A DNA stretch of 41,795 nucleotides, taken from positions 1 to 41,795 of the IMG/VR virus record IMGVR_UViG_3300043675_000009; one strand, 5' to 3'. A model generated the notes under the pieces. The model was not told the DNA's origin, ran no database searches, and was given only the letters and a program-made list of their open reading frames with translations. Below, in pieces: positions 1 through 7,174 of the stretch (position 1 is the first letter of the stretch; each line of letters starts with the position of its first letter). Source of the stretch: a virus. Both the position numbers and the translations under genes were made by a program.

Positions 1-127
1 GAAGTATGCGGCCTCGAACGCACAGAGCGGTACCGGAGCGCAGAAAGCTGCCGATGTGCTGACGCTGGCAGGCCCGGCCGCAACCCATCTTCTGACCCAG
101 GCAGGAGTGCCCGCGGTCGATGACGCC
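1..127. repeat. 127-bp exact direct terminal repeat (copy 1), identical to 41669..41795; circular-contig closure overlap
   Basis: Base-by-base identity of 1..127 (gaagtatgcggcctcgaacg...gtcgatgacgcc) with the last 127 bases. An ORF reads through the junction without interruption. Confidence 0.95.
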
Positions 128-232
128 TACATTGGCGACCTGGTGAAGGTGATGGTCGGGGTGCTGAACCTGACCGCCGCGAAGACCACCGTGACCGACG
201 CTCCCGCAATCCCCACCCTCGTCGGCAAATAA
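2..232 (+). CDS. C-terminal part of the junction-spanning ORF that starts at 41484 (about 139 aa in total); hypothetical lysis-cassette protein
   Basis: Frame 2 is open from base 2 to TAA at 230..232 and continues the frame of 41484..41795 exactly through the duplicated 127 bp. AAAGGAG RBS lies before the ATG at 41484. Confidence 0.5.
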   Translation, partial: KYAASNAQSGTGAQKAADVLTLAGPAATHLLTQAGVPAVDDAYIGDLVKVMVGVLNLTAAKTTVTDAPAIPTLVGK

Positions 233-244
233 AGAGGAAAAACC

Positions 245-358
245 ATGAAGCAATTCGCATTAGAGAACCCGGCGCTGACCGCCCTTGTGACCATCGTCGT
301 GGTGTTGGCCGTCGATAACTGGGTCTGCGGCTTGTGCAATTTACTGGTGGGGCGATGA
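245..358 (+). CDS. 37-aa small membrane protein (MKQFALENPALTALVTIVVVLAVDNWVCGLCNLLVGR)
   Basis: AAGAGGA RBS 6 nt before ATG 245. One hydrophobic helix. Stop TGA overlaps the next ATG (ATGA at 355..358). Too short for the ORF track. Confidence 0.4.
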   Translation: MKQFALENPALTALVTIVVVLAVDNWVCGLCNLLVGR

Positions 359-897
359 CACAGACCGCGCAGCCAGTACTCGAATCCGGACTAGTCAACA
401 CCGTCGCCCCCACGCCTGCCGAGATCGACGCCCTGGTGCGCGAGTATGCGGCCGCGGCCGCCGCTGTCGCCTTCGCCACCGGCATGCTGGGCACAGCCAA
501 TAAAGCGCAGGCCGAGATCAAAGCCCGGCTGATCGCCCTGGTGGAGAGCTTCGGCTTTCGCCACACGGAAAAATCCAAGCGGCTGCTGGGCGCGCACAGC
601 ACCGCGACCGTCACCATCGGCACACGCATCAGCGTCGACAGCGAAGCGGTAACCACGTTCAAGGCCTACCTCGACAGCTCCGACATGCCGAATCTCTCCG
701 AGCGCTTCTTCTCCCAGCACATCAGCTACTCGCTGGTCGACGGGCCGGCCGACGTGTTGCGCACGCTCGACCTGGGCAAGCGCGTGGCGAAGAAGATCGC
801 GTCGATGGTCGGGCTGTGTTTCAAAGTGAGCACCAACGCGCCCTCGCTGAAAGTCGAGTCCATTACTCCGGAGAAGCCGGAGCGTACACCGCGGTGA
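355..897 (+). CDS. Hypothetical protein, 180 aa; coiled-coil N-terminus, layout faintly Mu Gam-like (very tentative)
   Basis: ORF track 334..897. The internal ATG at 355 is coupled (ATGA) to the upstream small ORF. GC3-rich codon usage like the neighbouring genes. Confidence 0.6.
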   Translation: MTQTAQPVLESGLVNTVAPTPAEIDALVREYAAAAAAVAFATGMLGTANKAQAEIKARLIALVESFGFRHTEKSKRLLGAHSTATVTIGTRISVDSEAVTTFKAYLDSSDMPNLSERFFSQHISYSLVDGPADVLRTLDLGKRVAKKIASMVGLCFKVSTNAPSLKVESITPEKPERTPR

Positions 898-1205
898 TTA
901 TTAGCAACCGGCTGCTGCGCTGCTGGTTCACGAACTACAACCGCCGCTACTTCGGCGGCCGCCTCCCCGCGAAGACCAGGATCTATTTCGCACCCGCAGA
1001 TCTCTGCCTGGGCAACGCCTATGGGGGGGACGATCCGCGAATAGAGCTGGATCCCGCCTGCTTGATCTGCGCGGACATCGCCAGGCTCATCCTGCTGCAC
1101 GAGATGGTGCACCTGGAACGCTATCCGCAGATCTGCCACGGGGCAGGCTTCGACGCCCGCATGCAGGAGCTCGCCGCCGCCGGCGCGATGAAGGGTTTGC
1201 TGTAA
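894..1205 (+). CDS. SprT-like zinc metallopeptidase domain protein
   Basis: NRRYFGGRLP followed by LLHEMVHL (HExxH), as in the SprT-like family. GTG 894 overlaps the upstream stop (GTGA). The track ORF begins at 816 inside the previous gene. Confidence 0.6.
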   Translation: MIISNRLLRCWFTNYNRRYFGGRLPAKTRIYFAPADLCLGNAYGGDDPRIELDPACLICADIARLILLHEMVHLERYPQICHGAGFDARMQELAAAGAMKGLL

Positions 1206-1230
1206 GCCAAATTTTTGAGGAGCTATACAA

Positions 1231-2358
1231 ATGTTCAGTCGCGAGTACGACCGCGGGCACAACAGCGGCGCGGGCCAGCTCCATCATCCCAACGTTCACC
1301 ATGCCTGGTCGCAGTGGAGCGAGGACCAGACCCTGCATGTGGTCGCCGTGTACATCAACCCTTTCCGCTGGGCGAAGCGCCGGCAACTCTTCCACGACTT
1401 CCGCCTGCACATGGAGCGCTCGGCCAACGTCAGGCTGCATGTCGTCGAGGTCGCGTTCGGCGATCGGCCCTTCGAGGTCACGAGCCCCGGCAACCCGGAC
1501 GATGTCCAGCTCCGCACCACGGACGCGCTCTGGCACAAGGAGAACGCGCTCAACATCGGGATTCAGCGCATCGCCGCCGGCTGGAAGTATGGCTGCACCG
1601 TCGACGCCGACTTCCACTTCACCCGTCACGACTGGGCGCTCGAGACCATCCACCAGCTGCAGCACTATGCCTGGGTGCAGATGTTTTCGAGCTATGCCGT
1701 CCAGGGCCCGCACGGCCGGCCGCTCGAGATCCGGCCCAGCTTCGCCTATTCCTACCACGAACGCTTCCAGGGCTCGATGGAGCTGCACGCCGCACAATGC
1801 GACGGCAATCAGGCCAGCCACGGCGATTACTATAAGCCGACCAAGCCTGAACGCCACGGCCATCGCCATCGCCACCACGCCCGCAACACCACGCCGGGAG
1901 CCACCGGAGGCGCGTGGGCCTTTACCCGCGAATCCTTCGACGCCGTGGGCGGCCTGCTCGATACCTGCATCCTGGGCGCGGCCGACTGGTACATGGCCTT
2001 CGGCCTGATCGGCAACACCACCGACGGCCACCCCGAGGCGCAGAGCTGCGGCAAGGCCTATGCCGACTCGATCCGCCGCTGGCAGGTCCGGGCCTTCAAG
2101 GCTATCGAGGGAAACATCGGCTTTGTCGACAATTTCGCCATCCACGGCTGGCACGGCGAGCTGAAGAACCGCGGCTACGGCAGCCGCTGGATGATCCTGC
2201 GCGACCACGAGTACGATCCGCTGATCGATATCACACGCGACTGGCAGGGGCTGCTGCGCTTCACCGGCAACAAGCCCAGGTTCCGCGACGAGATCCGCCG
2301 CTACTTCCTGAGCCGGAGCGAGGATTCGACCGAGTGTGGGACTTCGCCGCTGGTCTAA
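1231..2358 (+). CDS. Putative GT-A fold (nucleotide-diphospho-sugar) glycosyltransferase with a His-rich insertion
   Basis: GAGGAG RBS 8 nt before the ATG. N-terminal beta-strand VVAVYINPF, WHKENALNIG and a DxD-like VDAD motif. HGHRHRHH low-complexity insert. No TM segments. Family assignment made by eye only. Confidence 0.5.
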   Translation: MFSREYDRGHNSGAGQLHHPNVHHAWSQWSEDQTLHVVAVYINPFRWAKRRQLFHDFRLHMERSANVRLHVVEVAFGDRPFEVTSPGNPDDVQLRTTDALWHKENALNIGIQRIAAGWKYGCTVDADFHFTRHDWALETIHQLQHYAWVQMFSSYAVQGPHGRPLEIRPSFAYSYHERFQGSMELHAAQCDGNQASHGDYYKPTKPERHGHRHRHHARNTTPGATGGAWAFTRESFDAVGGLLDTCILGAADWYMAFGLIGNTTDGHPEAQSCGKAYADSIRRWQVRAFKAIEGNIGFVDNFAIHGWHGELKNRGYGSRWMILRDHEYDPLIDITRDWQGLLRFTGNKPRFRDEIRRYFLSRSEDSTECGTSPLV

Positions 2359-2378
2359 GCACCCGTTTTTCGGCCTTC

Positions 2379-2412
2379 GGTCTGCCCCTCACAAGGCAGG
2401 CCTTTGTCTTTG
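2379..2412 (+). terminator. Rho-independent terminator after the glycosyltransferase-like gene
   Basis: GGTCTGCC / GGCAGGCC 8-bp stem (one G-U pair), 8-nt loop, then TTTGTCTTTG. Confidence 0.6.
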
Positions 2413-2458
2413 CCGTTGTCTCGTCGCTTTTCAGGACTGAGAGAGCCCGGATGTGGCC

Positions 2459-2507
2459 ACTACTAGATAACTTACTAGGTACAAAAATTACTAGAGACAA
2501 CTACTAG
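2459..2507. repeat. Four clustered A(C/T)TACTAG repeats next to the origin
   Basis: TACTAG at 2461, 2473, 2489 and 2502 (spacing 12/16/13 bp). CTAG occurs only about 20 times in the rest of the 41.7 kb. Confidence 0.7.
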
Positions 2508-2551
2508 GGGACAGCGATGCCTTTTATTACCAAAAAGTTACGGTAGTTTTT

Positions 2552-2659
2552 GGGGAGAAGATATGCGTAGAGAGGGGAGAAGGTATGCGTAGAGGCGGGG
2601 AGTAGATATGCGTGCAAATCGCATTTTTGGGCAAAACTCGGGGGAGAAGATATGCGTAC
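2552..2659. repeat. oriV-type iteron array: four 19-bp direct repeats GGGGAG(A/T)AG(A/G)TATGCGT(A/G)
   Basis: Copies at 2552..2570, 2574..2592, 2597..2615 and 2641..2659 (spacing 22, 23 and 44 bp, roughly in helical phase). Flanked by A/T-rich DNA and AAAAGTTAC direct repeats at 2533..2541 and 2679..2687. Lies directly beside the rep gene. Confidence 0.8.
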
Positions 2660-2828
2660 AAAAAAAAGGAAATCTCGGAAAAGTTACCCTGAGCGGTCAA
2701 GCATCGAGGCAATTTTGGGCGCAAAAAGGGGTGCGACCCCAGGCAAGCAGGTCACACCCCGGAAGGCCTCTTCGCGTGACTCCCTTGTCCACGAAGCGTG
2801 CCGAAGGCCGTAGACGGCACGAAGTACT

Positions 2829-4094
2829 TTAAAAGAGCTTGATTTGTTCCTCGGGCGGATCGTCGAGCAGCAGGCCGCTGCCCCCGTCGCCATCGGTGCC
2901 CGTGCCCAACGCCGTCAGCGGACCCGCCACGCTGGTACGGCGCAGGGTGAAGACCACCTGTTTGCCCACCTCTTCGAAGGTGAAGCCGCGATAAAGCAGC
3001 GCCACCTGGTGCAGAGCCGGAAATAGAAATCGTCGGAAGCCCTTCATATCTCCGTAGCCGGCGCCGAACTGCATCTTCAGCGCGTCCCAGCTGAGCCGGA
3101 GCTCGTAGCGGTGCTCGCTCTTCAGCGCATTCGCCCGGAAGGTGAGCCAGACGTAAAGGTCGAGGGGCAGGCAGCCTCCGCTCTTTGAGAGCTCGCGGAA
3201 GATGCGCGCGTCGATGATCGGCGCGTGCTCCATGATGTCCTCGTGAAAGTAAGGGCCGAGGGTGAGCGTGGTGGAGAAGTTGATCTCATTGATCGACCCC
3301 TCTTTGCCGTCGACCTGTTCGCGGTGGGCCTTCCACAGCACATGATCTTCAAGCTGCGGTGGGTTATTAACGGCCTCCTCCCAGTCGGTCGCGATATCGT
3401 ACGGCTTCGGCATCCGCCGCGAGTACTTGTTCTGCCACCAGTAGATCCGCGACGTGATCGTTGACCGGTACTGCTGCTTGAACCGTGTCAGGTTGCCGTT
3501 GCGCCCGCCGGAGAGGTATTCGACGCCCAGCAGATCCTTGATGCAGTTGTTGAAGTTGGAACCGAGGTAGACCTTGCGCGTGTCGAGCCCGGCGTTCTTG
3601 CGCTTGGTGACGTAGGTGGTGATCGCCGCGATCAGCAGACGCGGATACTTGCCGTAGGGCACACCGTACGCGCTCACCACCCGGAGTTTATAAGGGCCGC
3701 TCTCGCGGTCGTACACCGGCTCTTTGACCCGCTTGGCCGGCAGGGTGACGCAGCAGAGGAAGCTGGGATAGTAGGCCAGGGCATCGTCTTCCTGGGCGCT
3801 GCGGGTCAGGATGGCCGCGCGCTCCGGACTCAGCGCCATCTCCACCAGGCGCATGCCGCTGGGCTTGGGAGTGTTCGCGATCCACTCGCTCTCGATGTAG
3901 CTGCGGATGCGGGTCAGCCTGGCTTCGCCTTCGAGCCAGGTCAGGCCGTCGAAGGTGCAATCGGCTACGCAGGTTTTGCCGGCGATTGAAGCGGCCGCGA
4001 TAGCTTCGATTGCCTCTGCCCGCGCTCCGTCGAGCAGGGCCAGGTTGGAGGTGTGAACTGCAAGGGCCGCTTGATACGGGGACGTTCTCGGCAA
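2829..4094 (-). CDS. repA: Plasmid replication initiator, RepA (RepA_C / pVS1-pRA2 type)
   Basis: Motif run LPAKRVKEP...GVPYGKYPRLLIAAITTYV...YLGSNFNNCIKDLLG...GGRNGNL..FKQQ matches the plasmid-encoded RepA family layout. TTG start at 4094 has AAGGAG 9 nt upstream. Iterons are adjacent. Confidence 0.8.
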   Translation of the reverse strand: MPRTSPYQAALAVHTSNLALLDGARAEAIEAIAAASIAGKTCVADCTFDGLTWLEGEARLTRIRSYIESEWIANTPKPSGMRLVEMALSPERAAILTRSAQEDDALAYYPSFLCCVTLPAKRVKEPVYDRESGPYKLRVVSAYGVPYGKYPRLLIAAITTYVTKRKNAGLDTRKVYLGSNFNNCIKDLLGVEYLSGGRNGNLTRFKQQYRSTITSRIYWWQNKYSRRMPKPYDIATDWEEAVNNPPQLEDHVLWKAHREQVDGKEGSINEINFSTTLTLGPYFHEDIMEHAPIIDARIFRELSKSGGCLPLDLYVWLTFRANALKSEHRYELRLSWDALKMQFGAGYGDMKGFRRFLFPALHQVALLYRGFTFEEVGKQVVFTLRRTSVAGPLTALGTGTDGDGGSGLLLDDPPEEQIKLF

Positions 4095-4234
4095 GAGAAA
4101 ATGCTCCTTTTAGGGGGGTTGGGAGCGGTTGATCGAAGCAGACAAAGAATCAGCGTAGGAGCTTAAGTGAGATAGCACACAGAAGCCTAGCACCGGAGGA
4201 CGTGTGAATTTTCAGTACAAATTACCTTTGGGGG

Positions 4235-4639
4235 TTACCCCAGCTCGGCCTGATCCCTGACGGTGCGCAGGCCGGAGGCGATGAAATCGCGAACCAGCGC
4301 GGACTTGTCAATCTTGCGTCGGCTGCAGACCTCGGTGAGCTCGTCGATCATGCTGAGCGGGATGCGGGCGGAGAACGGGATCAGGTGCTCGCGCGGCGGC
4401 GCGGCCAGCGAGGGATACATCTCCACCACCTTGGAAGCGGGGCTGCGGGCCGGGGGCTTGCGCGTGTAGGTCTCCTTTTGTTCCGGCGTCCCCGAGAGGC
4501 CCTCCGGAGCCACAACCCCGGTCTCGATCTCGCCTATCGGCTCCGGCTCGCGCTGCTCGAGGTTTGTGGGGCGAGAAAGGGGCTGGTGAAGGGTGCTGAG
4601 GTCGGGGAGGCTGATGGATCTAAGGTTTTCGCGAGGCAT
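4235..4639 (-). CDS. ParG-like ribbon-helix-helix centromere-binding partner of ParA (start uncertain)
   Basis: C-terminal IPFSARIPLSMIDELTEVCSRRKIDKSALVRDFIASGL is a CopG/RHH fold pattern. ATG 4639 has a GGGAGA RBS but overlaps the parA 3' end by 106 nt. Alternative ATG at 4420. It is the 3' part of the spurious 413-aa track ORF 4235..5476. Confidence 0.55.
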   Translation of the reverse strand: MPRENLRSISLPDLSTLHQPLSRPTNLEQREPEPIGEIETGVVAPEGLSGTPEQKETYTRKPPARSPASKVVEMYPSLAAPPREHLIPFSARIPLSMIDELTEVCSRRKIDKSALVRDFIASGLRTVRDQAELG

Positions 4640-5316
4640 TGGATGATCTCCCTGGTTAGGTTGGTGTATTCCCCCGCCGCGGCATGGCCGGGGGCGTAGT
4701 CGAAGATGGTTTTGCCGGAGCCGGAGACCTCTGTGATGGGCGCACGCAGGCCGATCGCGGTCTGGAGGACAATGGCGCCGGGGATCGGCGCGAAGAGCAC
4801 AGCGGCCTGTTCCGGGGCCTGGCGTCCCATCAGGGTGTGCTGGCGGCCGTTGATCAGCACCAGGACGAGCTGGTGGGGCTGGCGCTCCCCTTCCAGGTAC
4901 CGGACGAAGCTGGCCGCGGCCGAGAAATCCAGCGTCGACGGCCGCAGCGGAACCAGGATGGCGTCCGAGGAACGTACCGCGTCGTGCGCGATGCTTTTGA
5001 CCGCCCTCTGGCCCGGGCCCAGCTTTGCGGGATCGCTGTCCACCATGCCCGGCGGACAATCGATCAGGACGATGTCGTAGTCGGTGCTGGAGGCGAGCTC
5101 GCGGAACTTGCTGTTGATCTGGCGGGCGGTCACCACGTCGAACGGCAAGCTGCCCTGGCCGCGTGCGAGGCTCCACATGGTGGCGGAGGCCTGGGGGTCG
5201 GCATCGACGACCAGCACGCGGTAGCGGGCCTTGGTGAGGCCGCCGGCGAGGTTCATGGCGGTGGTGGTTTTGCCACATCCGCCCTTCTGGTTTGCGACAC
5301 ATACGAGGATGGCCAT
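4534..5316 (-). CDS. parA: ParA partition ATPase (deviant Walker A, type Ib)
   Basis: MAILVCVANQKGGCGKTTTAMNLA (KGGxGKT), VLVVDADPQ and DIVLIDCPP motifs. ATG 5316 preferred over the TTG at 5325. Confidence 0.9.
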   Translation of the reverse strand: MAILVCVANQKGGCGKTTTAMNLAGGLTKARYRVLVVDADPQASATMWSLARGQGSLPFDVVTARQINSKFRELASSTDYDIVLIDCPPGMVDSDPAKLGPGQRAVKSIAHDAVRSSDAILVPLRPSTLDFSAAASFVRYLEGERQPHQLVLVLINGRQHTLMGRQAPEQAAVLFAPIPGAIVLQTAIGLRAPITEVSGSGKTIFDYAPGHAAAGEYTNLTREIIQCLAKTLDPSASPTSAPFTSPFLAPQTSSSASRSR

Positions 5317-5379
5317 GGGGAACAACGTAACTTCCGCTGCCGGGCCGTCGCAAGTGCAAACTCCGATTCGTACCTTTGT

Positions 5380-5431
5380 TGGTTCGTGCCTTCGCTGGTT
5401 CGTCCGACGTAAGACACACGACTGTCGGACG
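5380..5431. promoter_or_regulatory. Repeat cluster upstream of parA: candidate par operator/centromere
   Basis: TGGTTCGT direct repeats at 5380..5387 and 5396..5403. Perfect 8-bp inverted repeat CGTCCGAC / GTCGGACG at 5401..5408 and 5424..5431. Confidence 0.35.
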
Positions 5432-5480
5432 GCTGTATGACATATTGCTGACGACGGGTATTCGCGTGGTCAACAACGCG

Positions 5481-5722
5481 CTAGAGAATCATGCGCAGCG
5501 GGAACGCTGGATAATTTGCCGTGGGCGCGGCCTGCTCTAGCAGCTCTTCCTCGAATTGCGCGATGTCGTCGTCCTTGTTCACGGCGATGCGCGTAAACCA
5601 GGACCTGCACCTTCACCCCCGCGCTCCGTCACACCCTCCCACACCCTGCACTGAAGCGCAGGACGCCGCTGGGCATTATCGATCTCCACAAGCTGAGTCG
5701 TGCTTTCCATCGTGATTTTCAT
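5481..5722 (-). pseudogene. Small gene apparently broken by two +1 frame changes (intact reading would be about 80 aa)
   Basis: ATG 5722 is coupled (ATGA) to the upstream ORF. Frame 0 gives MKITMESTTQLVEIDNAQRRPALQCRVWEGVTERG, then stops at 5579. The next frame reads VKVQVLV. The third frame reads TRIAVNKDDDIAQFEEELLEQAAPTANYPAFPLRMIL to the stop at 5481. The switches coincide with a G5 run and a T3 run. Confidence 0.3.
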
Positions 5723-5892
5723 TTTTTCCCTTCCTCTCTTTTCCATAGGTCGAGCTGAAACTGGATCTCATCTGCAACCTCCCTCGCGAGGAACGGACTG
5801 TCGTTCCCAAACTCATAGGAGCGCAGGCCGTGAAACGCCGCGACCAGCAGCACTTTAGCTCTTCGCAGATCTTCAGACGGGGATGCTGGCAT
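5719..5892 (-). CDS. 57-aa hypothetical protein
   Basis: ATG 5892 overlaps the last codons of the Crp-like gene. The stop overlaps the next ATG (ATGA at 5719..5722). Short ORF with no recognisable motif. Confidence 0.35.
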   Translation of the reverse strand: MPASPSEDLRRAKVLLVAAFHGLRSYEFGNDSPFLAREVADEIQFQLDLWKREEGKK

Positions 5893-6580
5893 CGAACTCC
5901 GCGTAGCTGTCGAGGTGGTTTTTGATGACGCGGTAGCACTCGCAGCAGATAATCTCGAGGCCCTTCGCATCCACGATGCGCATCGCCCCGCGCTTGTACT
6001 CGATCAGCCCGTCCTCCTGCATGTGGGCCGCGGCGATCGAGACGGTGGAGCGGGTGGCGCCCAGCATGTGGCCGAGATACTCATGGGTGATGCAGAAGGT
6101 GTCGCTGTTGGCGCGGTCCGCACAGAGCAACAGCCAGCGCGCCAGGCGCTGATCGAAATTGTGCCGCGCATTGCAGGCGACCGACTGGATCGCCGTCACC
6201 AGCTGCGCCTGCACATAACGCAGCGCGAGCATCTGGAAGACCCCGCCGCGCTGGAACTCCGCCCGCCCCGCCGCGATCGGCGAAGAGTAGCCGCTGCCGT
6301 TGATCTGGGTGTACACGCGGTTCAGGCTCAGCTTGGTCCCCATCAGCGCGGAGATCCCGATTACCCCCTCATAGCCGAACATCCCCACCTCGATCTGCCA
6401 GCCATCGAGAAACGTCGTCGTCATCGACGCCATCCCCACCTCGATAAAGAACAGCCTGTCGATCGGCTCGCCGGGATACTCGATGCGGCGCTCGTTCCCG
6501 AGCGACACCGGCCGCAGCTGCAGGCGCTGGATCACGTCGCAGGTGAGCGCCTTAAGAATCGTGTTTCTGTAAGTGGGCAT
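5873..6580 (-). CDS. Crp/Fnr-family transcriptional regulator (cNMP-binding domain plus C-terminal HTH)
   Basis: Beta-barrel region EYPGEPIDRLFFIEVGMASM...GYEGVIG. C-terminal HTH HEYLGHMLGATRSTVSIAAAHMQEDGLIEYKRG. Start at ATG 6580 (MPTYRNTILK) preferred over track start 6634. Confidence 0.8.
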   Translation of the reverse strand: MPTYRNTILKALTCDVIQRLQLRPVSLGNERRIEYPGEPIDRLFFIEVGMASMTTTFLDGWQIEVGMFGYEGVIGISALMGTKLSLNRVYTQINGSGYSSPIAAGRAEFQRGGVFQMLALRYVQAQLVTAIQSVACNARHNFDQRLARWLLLCADRANSDTFCITHEYLGHMLGATRSTVSIAAAHMQEDGLIEYKRGAMRIVDAKGLEIICCECYRVIKNHLDSYAEFDASIPV

Positions 6581-6797
6581 AGTTGGTGATGAAGAAACTT
6601 TCAAGCTCACTAGACAATTTGTCGAGTAGCGCACATCCAGCCTGCTCTGACAGGGTTGCGGTTGTATTCATCAGATTGAAGGCGATCAGCGCGCCAGCAA
6701 AGAAGGCGCTCTTCATATCCATTACCTGCGTAGGAGGGGCCATAGGATGCATCGTCCTCTTTCTGAATTCCTCCCACTGCGCTTCGAGTCGTTGCAT
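6552..6797 (-). CDS. Hypothetical protein, 81 aa
   Basis: AAGGAGGGG RBS 6 nt upstream of ATG 6797. Packed between flanking minus-strand genes. Confidence 0.55.
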   Translation of the reverse strand: MQRLEAQWEEFRKRTMHPMAPPTQVMDMKSAFFAGALIAFNLMNTTATLSEQAGCALLDKLSSELESFFITNYAHLQKHDS

Positions 6798-6800
6798 TCG

Positions 6801-7157
6801 CTACCCCTCCTTATCGTCCTGGAACGCGCCGCCCCGCAGGAGCAGGGAAGTGATGGAGTCGGGATCTTGCGCCTCCACCTTGATTGCCTGCGAAAGCTCA
6901 CGCAGCGCGAGCCATGCCTCCACCTTTTCCGGCGAGCCCCAGCATTGCTCGGGCAGGTTCTTTTGGAGATAGACCACCAGCAGAGGAAGGCTCAGCAGTG
7001 TATTTAGGTCCGCCGCGCGGGCGCAGGCTTCGCACAGATCGTTCTCCAGCACGGCGCGGAGGAAGCTGCCGGTCTCGATGTGATCGCTTAAATAACGTTG
7101 CAGGCCGGGGACCAAATGGTCGATGCCGATCTCTACGTCAACTTTGTTGTGTTCCAT
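6801..7157 (-). CDS. Hypothetical protein (GSFLRAVLENDL motif)
   Basis: In-frame ATG 7157 lies 9 nt after AAGGAGGAG. The track start 7178 is a GTG inside that RBS. Confidence 0.6.
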   Translation of the reverse strand: MEHNKVDVEIGIDHLVPGLQRYLSDHIETGSFLRAVLENDLCEACARAADLNTLLSLPLLVVYLQKNLPEQCWGSPEKVEAWLALRELSQAIKVEAQDPDSITSLLLRGGAFQDDKEG

Positions 7158-7174
7158 GTTCCATGGCTCCTCCT

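Noticed and set aside
1-127. Terminal repeat as an IS/LTR end or a biological direct terminal repeat.
   Set aside because: It is exact, its length equals a standard k-mer size, an ORF continues in phase across it, and there are no target-site duplications or transposase genes. A true DTR cannot be formally excluded without reads.
2552-2659. Possible CRISPR array (regularly spaced direct repeats).
   Set aside because: There are only four 19-bp copies. The gaps are just 3-4 nt (25 nt before the last copy), so there are no unique spacers of CRISPR size. No cas genes are present. The context beside a RepA gene fits plasmid iterons.
4235-5476. 413-aa minus-strand ORF spanning the par region.
   Set aside because: It is out of frame with the clear ParA ORF over most of its length and is Arg/Pro/Gly-rich. 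Only its last 134 codons (the RHH protein, 4235..4639) look real.
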